A stretch of DNA of 64,000 nt from assembly GCA_963834385.1 (NCBI GenBank), contig CAWIBO010000005.1:96001-160000 (forward strand), read 5' to 3'. The DNA comes from an uncultured Verrucomicrobiae bacterium. Its GTDB lineage: Bacteria > Verrucomicrobiota > Verrucomicrobiia > Chthoniobacterales > UBA10450. The notes under the pieces were generated by a model. The model was not told the DNA's origin. It was given only the letters and a program-made list of their open reading frames with translations, and did no database searches. Positions 30,830 to 39,408 of this stretch are shown here, piece by piece. The position numbers and the translations under genes were made by a program. Position 1 is the stretch's first letter. The number at the start of each line of letters is the position of its first letter.

Positions 30830-31627
30830 GCGTTTTGCGTGACAGCTTTGCCGCCGTGCGCGCTTCCGGACGTCACGGGGTCATTCCGTTCCTGGTCGCA
30901 GGCGACCCCGACCTCGCCACCACCGGCAGGCTGGTGCGGGAACTGAGCGCGTTGCAGCCCGTCGCGATCGAGATCGGTGTTCCCTTCAGTGACCCATCGG
31001 CCGACGGCCCGGTGATCCAGCGCGCTTCCGGCCGGGCGCTGCGTCGCGGCACCACCCTGGCGAACGTGCTCGAGCATTTGAAAAAGACGCGAACAGCCGC
31101 GCGGGCTCCCCTGGTTCTGTTCACCTATTACAATCCGTTGTTGCAGCTTGGTCTGGCCAACTTCGCCGGGAAAGCTGCGCGCGCGGGCGTGGCCGGTGTC
31201 CTGGTGGTCGACCTTCCGGCCGAGGCGGCCGGCGCCCTGCGGGGCCATCTTTCCCGGAAAGGCCTCGACCTTATCCTCCTGGTCGCGCCGACCACCTCGG
31301 CGGATCGGCTTCGACAGATTGCGCGGACCGCTTCCGGTTTTATCTACGCCGTGGCTCGCACGGGGGTGACCGGTAACACCCGCGGCCACTCCGACGAATC
31401 CGCGGAACTGGTAGAGCGTCTTCGTGCTCTGACGTCTCTCCCTGTGGCGGTCGGCTTCGGGATCAGGACCCGGGCCCGGGTTGGGCAGGTCTGCCGTTAC
31501 GCCGACGCCGCGGTGGTCGGCTCCGCCCTCGTGGAAACGATTGAGAAAGCCTCGGCCGGTCCCCAAAAGGCCCGACGGCGGTGACGTCGTCGCGCAGGCG
31601 ATGCGGTATGCGCGGACGCTCTTCTAA
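30826..31627 (+). CDS. trpA: tryptophan synthase alpha chain; probable frameshift near 31565 (annotated frame stops at 31584)
   Basis: [43 protein letters not shown]; alternative-frame tail [14 protein letters not shown] ends at 31627. Confidence 0.95.
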
Positions 31628-32205
31628 TCGCGGAACGGCTTCACCGGCTCCGGTTTCGGCACTTTGTGTCCGCAGTTTTTGCAGGTGCGCCGGGCGTCGT
31701 CGTTCCAGAAATCGAGCATGGCCTTGCTGAACGCCTGGACGATGTCGGCACAATCGAAATCGATGTCTTCCACCAGCGCCTCGCATTTTTCGCAGTAAAA
31801 GATGACGTGCTCGTGCTCGCCGGCCGGTCGGCGGCGCTCCACCACCAGCCCGAGCGTGTCGGGCGGGCGCACCGGCGCGTGCGGGACATTCGGTGGAATG
31901 AAAAAGGTTTCACCCTCGCGCACGAGATGATCGACGATGTGATCGCCCTCGCGGATGCGCACCTTGATATCGCCTTTCAGCTGGTGGAAAAACTCCTCGG
32001 AATCGACCTGGTGAAAATCGTTCCGGGCATTTGGTCCCTTGATGATCATCACGAAAAAATCGCGGCCATCGTAGAGATACTGATTGCTCACCGGCGGCTT
32101 GAAGTTGTCCCGGTTCTTCTCCACCCAGCCCATCAGGTCGATGGGCGCCTGCACGGAGGAACCGGTTTCCGAAGGGGAGGCGGGAGCGGCGACGGCGTTG
32201 GCCAT
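31624..32205 (-). CDS. nbaC: 3-hydroxyanthranilate 3,4-dioxygenase
   Basis: KPPVSN, GPNARNDFH, EEFFHQLKG, PPNVPHAP, VVERRR, rubredoxin-like YCEKC and TCKNC. Confidence 0.93.
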   Translation of the reverse strand: MANAVAAPASPSETGSSVQAPIDLMGWVEKNRDNFKPPVSNQYLYDGRDFFVMIIKGPNARNDFHQVDSEEFFHQLKGDIKVRIREGDHIVDHLVREGETFFIPPNVPHAPVRPPDTLGLVVERRRPAGEHEHVIFYCEKCEALVEDIDFDCADIVQAFSKAMLDFWNDDARRTCKNCGHKVPKPEPVKPFRD

Positions 32206-32270
32206 GAGAAAAGGCTAGGGAGAGCCGGGGGGCGGCGTCAAACCGAAGCGGACTCCGCCGCTTCGCGGAC

Positions 32271-32310
32271 AAAGAAAAACCGCGCATGACCTTGCGGCCA
32301 TGCGCGGTTT
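32271..32310 (-). terminator. rho-independent terminator
   Basis: 12-bp stem aaaccgcgcatg/catgcgcggttt ending in a T-rich tract on the minus strand, just downstream of the small ORF. Confidence 0.8.
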
Positions 32311-32331
32311 CGCGCGTTCAGGAGGGAAAGC

Positions 32332-32487
32332 TTAGCTCTGGCGGGTCTGCTCAGTGCCGGTTCCCGGCGTGTGCTGGCCCGGCGTGTTCGGGCGGCCCAT
32401 GTCCTTCTGCTCCTTGCCCTTTTCGGTCACCGGAGTCTCGGGCTTGGTCTGATGTTCCTGCGGCTTGTTGGTTTTCGGATCGTTCAT
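32332..32487 (-). CDS. 51-aa hydrophilic small protein (absent from the ORF track)
   Basis: MNDPKTNKPQEHQTKPETPVTEKGKEQKDMGRPNTPGQHTPGTGTEQTRQS*; purine-rich RBS aaggaaagggaa and its own terminator. Confidence 0.7.
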   Translation of the reverse strand: MNDPKTNKPQEHQTKPETPVTEKGKEQKDMGRPNTPGQHTPGTGTEQTRQS

Positions 32488-32747
32488 ATTTGTTCCCTTT
32501 CCTTTTGGTTATGAGCCGGCTTTCACTTGGGCGCTTTGGAGACCAATAGTATCAAAAATGCGCCATTTCCGGCCGGCTCGCGGCCTCCTTAAATATCAAA
32601 CCCATTCCCGAGGGGGAACGGGCTAATGACCAATTATAGGCCTGAAACGCCGTTTTGGCAAGGGCTCAGGGCTAAAAAAGCCAAATTCTATCGGGTTTTC
32701 GCGATTTACCCGGCTGCTCCGCCATTGGCGATCGACTGGCCTTAAAA

Positions 32748-33549
32748 CTAGGCCAAGTCGCGCAGCGGTCGCCCGGACCGGCCCCGGAGCACCGCCATGA
32801 TCTCGGCCAGCACGCTGATCGCGATCTCGGCCGGCGCGTCGGCCCCGAGGTCGAGCCCAAGCGGCGCATACACCCGCCCGAGTTGCTCCGCGGTCGCGCC
32901 GTCGGCCCGCAGCCGGTCAAAGACCATCCGCACTTTGCGCCGGCTTCCGATCATCCCCAGATACCCAAGGCCGGAAAGCGGCAGCGCGGCCGCCAGGGCT
33001 TCCCGATCGATCTCGTGATTGCGGGAGACCAGCACCAGCGCCTCGGTTTCTCCCCAACTGCGCGCGCGAATGAACTCCGGCGCGCTCAGCTTGGTCTGCC
33101 GGAGCGCGCCCGCCGGGAAACCGTCGAGCTGGTCAGGCCGGTCTTCGGTCACGGTGACGGAAAATCCGGCCTGGAGGGCGAGCCGGGCGATGGCGCGGGC
33201 GCAATGCCCGCCGCCGACGAGATGGATGGTTTCGCCGGCCACCTGCGGTTCGATCAGGAGTGTGACCTCGCCGCCGCAGATGGCGCCGAAAGATTCGGGG
33301 TCGCCCTCGTGCAGCGGATACGTCCGCAGCGCGGGTTCTCCGCTGGGCAAGGCGCGCACGCGCTTCTTCGATCGCCAGCGACTCGAGTTTGCCGCCGCCG
33401 ATGGTGCCGCTGCTCCGGCCGTCGGCGTAGACGATCATCTTGGCCCCGGCGGCGCGCGGGACCGAGCCGGTGCAGGCGGCCACGGTCACAAGCGCGCAGG
33501 GTTGCCGGGCGCGTCGGGCCGCCAGCAGTTCCTCGAGCAGATCAGTCAT
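32748..33549 (-). CDS. xdhC: XdhC/CoxI family xanthine dehydrogenase maturation factor; frameshift near 33355
   Basis: GSVPRAAGAKM, GTIGGGKLE, then ICGGEV, VGGGHC, YLGMIGSRRK, PLGLDLGA..PAEIAIS. Confidence 0.9.
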
Positions 33550-34387
33550 GGCGGACAACGCTCACCTCGATTTGTCCGTGCGGTTCGTCGATCGGGACGA
33601 AGACATCGTTTGGGTTGTCGAGACCGAACGGAGCCAGATTGATGAGCAGGCAATGCTTGTTCGGCATGGCCAGGTCGAGCCGCTCAATCTCGGCGCAGGC
33701 GGCCAGCGCGGCTTCGCCCATCTGGAAAAGCGTGGTTTGCGCAGAGGGACTGTAGTTTTGCGCAAAGACGGTCAGCATCGCCTCGAGAATGGCGCGGTTC
33801 GCCGTGGCATGGCTCTGCGGGGTCCGCGCAAAATACCACGTGGCGCTGAACGACGTCCCAAGGATGCGGTCAGCCGTCTCCGGCAGGGTGGTGAATTCGT
33901 CTCTCGGATAATTCTCGAAACCGGAGCCGGTGCTCTTGAGCAGGACGAGATCGCGAATGCCGGAGGCGACCGTGGCCGCTCCCTGGCGGCAGACGACGCG
34001 GGTGAAGGGGCGCGCCTCGTTCCCGGCGAGAAAGGAATGGTCGTGCGGTTTTCCCGCCACCACCATGCGCTCCCAGCGACGCTCGCTGATCTCGATCTGC
34101 GCCTCCTGCACCTGCGGATAACGCGTCACGAAATGGTCGCCCAGGACGACCGCGAACTTCTCGAGCTCGTTGCCGAGATGCTGGCGGGCCATGACGTTGA
34201 CCGTGTTCTTGATCGTGTCGGTCGCGACCACTTTCGTGTTGTCGCCCGCGGTGTAGGAACTCTCGAAATCGCCCCGGAGCAGGGCCATGACGCTGATATC
34301 CTTGAGGGTATGAAGAGGGCCGTCCCGCAGGACCTTGAGGACGCGGACCCGGCCTTTCCCGTAACGGTGATCGATCACCTTAGCCAT
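33542..34387 (-). CDS. pucL: uricase (factor-independent urate hydroxylase)
   Basis: YGKGRV, VVATDTIKNTV, LKSTGSGF, FTTLPE, SPSAQ, MPNKH, PHGQI. Confidence 0.96.
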   Translation of the reverse strand: MAKVIDHRYGKGRVRVLKVLRDGPLHTLKDISVMALLRGDFESSYTAGDNTKVVATDTIKNTVNVMARQHLGNELEKFAVVLGDHFVTRYPQVQEAQIEISERRWERMVVAGKPHDHSFLAGNEARPFTRVVCRQGAATVASGIRDLVLLKSTGSGFENYPRDEFTTLPETADRILGTSFSATWYFARTPQSHATANRAILEAMLTVFAQNYSPSAQTTLFQMGEAALAACAEIERLDLAMPNKHCLLINLAPFGLDNPNDVFVPIDEPHGQIEVSVVRHD

Positions 34388-34424
34388 TGCCGCCCAGAAA
34401 TAATTCGTTTAAGCCGGCAAGGCG

Positions 34425-34919
34425 ATGCCAAACCTCGAGGAAATCAACGCGATGGACCGGGCCGGGTTTACCCGGCACCTGGGACCGCTCTTTGAGCATT
34501 CGCCCTGGGTGGCGGAACGGACCTGGCCGGAACGCCCTTTTCCCGGGGAGAAAGAGCTGCACGCCGCCCTTTGCCGGACGGTGCGGGAGGCGGACGCCGC
34601 CGAACAGCTCGCGCTGATCGCGGCCCACCCGGACCTGGTGACAAAAGCCGTGCTCACCCGCGAATCGCAGGGCGAACAGGCCAGCGCCGGGCTCGGCTCG
34701 CTCACGGAAGCGGAGGCGCAGGCCTTCCGGGAATACAACGCCGCCTACCGCGCGCGTTTCGGGTTTCCCTTCATCATCTGCGCCCGGCTCAATAAAAAAG
34801 AGGCGATCCTGGAGGCGTTCCCCCGGCGCCTGGAGAATTCGCGCGAGAAAGAGATCGAAACCGCCCTCGAAGAAATATACAAGATTGCGGAGTTGCGCCT
34901 GCGCGACCTGATCGGATGA
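34425..34919 (+). CDS. uraD: OHCU decarboxylase
   Basis: [38 protein letters not shown]. Confidence 0.95.
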   Translation: MPNLEEINAMDRAGFTRHLGPLFEHSPWVAERTWPERPFPGEKELHAALCRTVREADAAEQLALIAAHPDLVTKAVLTRESQGEQASAGLGSLTEAEAQAFREYNAAYRARFGFPFIICARLNKKEAILEAFPRRLENSREKEIETALEEIYKIAELRLRDLIG

Positions 34920-35242
34920 GCATGCTTTCCACCCACGTCCTTGATACGGCCAAAGGCCGGCCCGCCGCCGGCATGAAGATCGAGCTGCGCTCGCTTGACC
35001 GGGACGAACTGTTGAAAACGGTGAGCACGAACGCCGACGGCCGGACCGACGCCCCGCTGCTCGCGGCCGATGAGATGAAAGCGGGCCGCTACGAGCTGCT
35101 TTTCCACGTGGGCGATTATTTCGGCGAACGGAAGTTTCTTGATGTCGTGCCGGTGCGTTTCACGATTTCCGACGCCGGCGCGAAGTATCATGTGCCGCTG
35201 CTTGTCTCTCCCTGGAGCTACAGCACGTATCGGGGAAGCTGA
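34916..35242 (+). CDS. uraH: 5-hydroxyisourate hydrolase
   Basis: LSTHVLD, YHVPLL, C-terminal YRGS. Confidence 0.96.
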   Translation: MSMLSTHVLDTAKGRPAAGMKIELRSLDRDELLKTVSTNADGRTDAPLLAADEMKAGRYELLFHVGDYFGERKFLDVVPVRFTISDAGAKYHVPLLVSPWSYSTYRGS

Positions 35243-35244
35243 AG

Positions 35245-35585
35245 AGGTTTAACCACAGAGACGCAGAGGGCGCAGAGGGGGAGCTTTGGGGGAAAGTTGG
35301 GAGACGGCGGGTGTTTGCTGGAAGAGGACAGGATTTACAGGATGGACAGGATTTAAAGGGGTCTTTACGTGGTTTTCTTGCAGGCACAGCCCGGGCATAC
35401 GATTCACGATTCACCATTCACGACTCACGCCCCTTTCCCTCCCCCGGTAGGGCGAGACTCCGTCGAGCCTGGGAGTAGGTTTAACCACAGAGACGCAGAG
35501 GGCGCAGAGGAGGAGCTTTGGGGGAAACTTGGGAGACGGCGCGTGTTTATTGGAAGAGGACAGGATTAACAGGATGGACAGGATT
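35245..35585. repeat. 109-bp direct repeat pair flanking a heptamer array and a GTAG-type REP
   Basis: 35245-35353 vs 35477-35585, 6 mismatches by eye; gattcac-type x4 at 35401; gtagggcgagactccgtcgagcc at 35447. Confidence 0.9.
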
Positions 35586-35718
35586 GCAGGACGCAGGCGT
35601 TCACGACCCTCGCAAAGATCCGGATGGCGCGACGACGGCAGTTTGTGCGATACCTTTGCCCCAATGCTTCACCTCTTCTCTGCGACCTCCGCGACCTCTG
35701 CGTGAGGCCACTCCGGAC

Positions 35719-36729
35719 ATGACCGAGAGAGACCAGACACCGCCCGGCCTCGTTGATCTCGCCGCCGCCCGCGTGGGCGGGCTCGCCCTCGTGGCCAACG
35801 ACGAATTTTTCGCCGAGAAAGAAAACCTGCTCAAGCCGGGCCGCGGCATCTTCATCCCCGACAAATACACCGATCACGGCAAATGGATGGATGGCTGGGA
35901 AAGCCGGCGCCGGCGCACGCCCGGTCACGACTGGTGCGTGGTCCAGCTCGGGATGCGCGGGATCATTCGCCAGGTCGACATCGACACCAACCATTTCCTG
36001 GGGAACCATCCGCCCTTTGCCTCTCTCGAAGCGCTCGACCTGCGCGAGAAGATCGACCGCGCGGCGGTGGAAAAGCTTCCCTGGAGCCCGTTGCTCGAGA
36101 AATCGCCGCTCAACCCCGGCTCACAGAACCTGTGCAACGTCGCGAACGACCAGCCTTGGACGCATGTGAAGCTGAACATCTTTCCGGATGGCGGCGTGGC
36201 CCGCCTTCGCGTTTACGGAGTGGTGGTGCCCGACTGGAGCCAGTTCAAGCCGGGCGAAGCGATTGACCTGGCGGCGATCGAGAACGGCGGCGTCCCGCTC
36301 GCCTGCAGCGACATGTTCTTTTCCTCGATGCACAACCTGATCATGCCCGGTCGCTCGGAAAACATGGGCGACGGCTGGGAAACAAAACGCCGGCGCGGGC
36401 CGGGACACGACTGGCTTATCCTGAAGCTCGGCCGGCCGGGCACAATCGAGAAAATCGAAGTCGACACCAACCATTTCAAGGGGAACTACCCCGACACCTG
36501 CTCGATTGAAGGCTGCGCCGCACCGGAGGCCACCGTCGAGAGTCTTCAGAGCGACGCGGTCAAGTGGCGCGAGATCCTGCCAAAAACAAAACTCCAGGCC
36601 GACACGCGCCACTACTTCGAACGCGAGTTGTCTCCACTGCCGGATTGTTCCCATCTCCGGCTCAACATTTTCCCCGACGGCGGCGTCAGCCGTCTGCGCG
36701 TCTGGGGCCGATTGCCAGCGCCCGCATGA
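35719..36729 (+). CDS. alc: allantoicase
   Basis: Internally duplicated DGWESRRRR/DGWETKRRR, DTNHF.GN, IFPDGGV.RLRV. Confidence 0.95.
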   Translation: MTERDQTPPGLVDLAAARVGGLALVANDEFFAEKENLLKPGRGIFIPDKYTDHGKWMDGWESRRRRTPGHDWCVVQLGMRGIIRQVDIDTNHFLGNHPPFASLEALDLREKIDRAAVEKLPWSPLLEKSPLNPGSQNLCNVANDQPWTHVKLNIFPDGGVARLRVYGVVVPDWSQFKPGEAIDLAAIENGGVPLACSDMFFSSMHNLIMPGRSENMGDGWETKRRRGPGHDWLILKLGRPGTIEKIEVDTNHFKGNYPDTCSIEGCAAPEATVESLQSDAVKWREILPKTKLQADTRHYFERELSPLPDCSHLRLNIFPDGGVSRLRVWGRLPAPA

Positions 36730-38023
36730 GTGATTTTGATGTTCTTGTGCGCGGTCGCGGGCACGCGATCGGCATCTCGACGGGAAGGTGCGGCTTGTGG
36801 GCAAAGCCTGACCGGGAGCGCCCCGCGCGAGCTCGGAGGTTGAGCACCTTCTTCTTTTGCCCGGGGTGATCGATGCGCATGTGCATTTTAATGATCCGGG
36901 GCGGGCGGACTGGGAGGGGTGGGAGACCGGTTCGCGCGCGGCGGCGGCGGGCGGGATCACCACGGTCTTCGATATGCCGTTGAATGCGCATCCGCCGACG
37001 ATTGACGGTCCGAGCTTCGATGAGAAGAAGGCGGCGGCGGAACGACAATCGTCCGTCGATTTCGGGCTCTGGGGCGGGCTCGTCCCGGGCAACGTCGAGC
37101 AACTGGAAACGCTGCGTGACCGCGGCGTGGTCGGCTTGAAGGCGTTCATGTCGAACAGCGGGATTGACGATTTCGAGGCGGTGGACGACGCCACCCTGCG
37201 CGACGGAATGAAGGAAGCGGCCCGGCTTGGTTTGCTCGTGGCCGTGCACGCCGAGTCGGAAAAAATCACGCGCGAACTCACCGCGCAGGCCCGCGCCAAA
37301 GGAGGGAGCTCGGTGCGCGATTATCTTGATTCCCGACCGGTGGCGGCGGAGCTCGACGCGATCAAGCGCGCGGTCGAGATCGCCGGCGAAACCGGTGGCC
37401 GTTTGCATATCGTGCATGTGAGCAGCGGACGCGGGGTCCGCCTGGTCGCGGAGGCGCGCCGGGCCGGGGTTGATGTCACCTGCGAGACCTGTCCGCATTA
37501 CCTGATCCTGACCGACGACGACATGGTTGCGCTCGGCGCGGTGGCAAAATGCGCGCCGCCGCTCCGGCCGGCCGCGGACCAAAAGGAGCTGCGCGCGAGC
37601 CTTGGCGAGGTCACCACCATCGGCTCCGACCATTCGCCGTCGCCGCCGGAGATGAAGGCGCGCGATAATTTTTTCGATGTCTGGGGCGGCATTTCCGGTT
37701 GTCAGCATCTCCTGCCGCTCCTTTGCGGGATGAATGATTTGTCGTCCGGCGAGATTATCCGGCTGACCAGTGTGGACGTAGCCCGGCGGTTTAACCTGCG
37801 CGGGAAAGGCGGGTTGGAGGTAGGGAACGACGCCGATTTTGTCCTGGTCGATCCGGCCCCGGCGGAGATCACGCGCGACGGTCTTTATTACCGGCACAAA
37901 CAGACGCCTTACCTCGGGCGGCGCCTCCCCCGGGTGGTCGCTGTATTTTTGCGCGGACAAAGTCTCTTCGAGAATGGTAGCTTCACCACCCGGCCCAACG
38001 GACGGTTCGTGCGGCCGACCTGA
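36726..38023 (+). CDS. allB: allantoinase; frameshift in 36780-36855
   Basis: ATG 36726 overlaps the alc stop; PGVIDAHVHFNDPGR, DMPLN, ETCPHYL, KCAPPLR, GSDHSP, WGGISG. Confidence 0.92.
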
Positions 38024-38026
38024 TCG

Positions 38027-39384
38027 ATGAGCCACCGCACCAGCCTTTCCCCCACCGAGAACGACGAAATCAGCGCCGCGCTGCGCGAAGCGAACCGCGC
38101 CTTCATGCAGCAATACCCCGGCGAATCCGACCGGCGCCAGGCGGTCCACACCGTTTATGGCGGCGCGCATCTTTTCAAGGCGGACGCCGCGGCCAAGCTG
38201 GGGCAGGTGGCGCTCCGCTCGCTCGAGGAACATGCGCCTGACGCCGGGGCTCTCATGGGCGTGCTCGGGATCGGGGAGTCGGCCCTCGGCGCGAAGATTT
38301 ATGAGCGGGTGCAAGGAAAAGTTGAAGCGCGAACCGGTGGAAGATTTCCGGCTCGATTTCGAGGACGGCTACGGCAACCGGGCTGACGACGAGGAGGATG
38401 GGCACGCCGCCGGCAGCGCCGCGGAAGTGGCGCGCGGCTTTGCGGCCGGAACGCTGCCGCCGTTCATCGGCATTCGGATCAAACCCCTGAACGAGGACCT
38501 GCGCGCCCGGAGCGTGCGCACCCTGGACATTTTCATCACCACGCTTGTCTGCGGAAACGAAAGGAAAGCTGCCCGACAATTTTGTGGTCACGGTGCCGAA
38601 GATCCAGCTCCCGGAACAAATGACCGCCGCGGTGCGCTACTTCGAGGCGCTGGAGAAAAAGAACGGTCTCCCGGCCGGATCGCTCCAGATCGAACCGATG
38701 ATCGAGACCCCGCAGGCGATCATCAATCGCCGGGGCGAGATCGCGGTCAGCTCGCTCATCGAGGCGGGAGCCGGCCGTTGCCGCAGCATTCATTTCGGCG
38801 TTTACGATTATACCGCGTCGTGCGGCATCACCGCCGCCTACCAGGCCATGCGGCATTCGACGTGCGATTTTGCGCGGCAGATGATGCTGGTCTCGACCGC
38901 CGGGACCGGTGTTCATCTTTCCGACGGCGCGACCAACATTCTCCCGGTGGCCCCGCATCGCGCCGCGGCCGGCGAAAAACTGACGGCGGCGCAGATCGAA
39001 CAGAACCGGGCCGCGGTGCACGGCGCGTGGAAACTCGGGTACGACGACAACATGCATTCGCTCCGGAATGGCTATTACCAGGGGTGGGACCTGCACCCGG
39101 CGCAGTTCGTCACGCGTTACGCCGCGGTTTATCATTTCTTTCTCGGCGGTCTCGAGAGCGCCTCGCACCGGCTGAAGACGTTTGTCGAGAAGGCGGCCCT
39201 GGCCTCGCTTTTCGGCGATGTCTTTGACGACGCCGCCACCGGCCAGGGACTGCTCAATTTCTTCCTGCGCGGCATGGCCTGCGGCGCCATCACGGAGGAG
39301 GAAGCGCTCCAGACCGGCCTCACCCTCGAGGAAATCCGGTCACGCTCTTTTTACAAGATCCTGAAAGGACGTCGCCAGGGTTGA
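38027..39384 (+). CDS. HpcH/HpaI aldolase/citrate lyase-like protein (DUF6986-like); frameshifts near 38315 and 38550
   Basis: YPGES..RQAVHTVYGGAHLF, PVEDFRLDFEDGYG, PFIGIRIK, VPKI, MIETP, HFGVYDY, LSDGATN, YQGWDLHPAQ over three frames. Confidence 0.8.
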
Positions 39385-39408
39385 GACGGCGCGCGTGATG
39401 ATCCGGAG

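Noticed and set aside
35245..35585. Possible CRISPR array
   Set aside because: Only two long (109-bp) repeats, no regular repeat-spacer periodicity and no cas genes.
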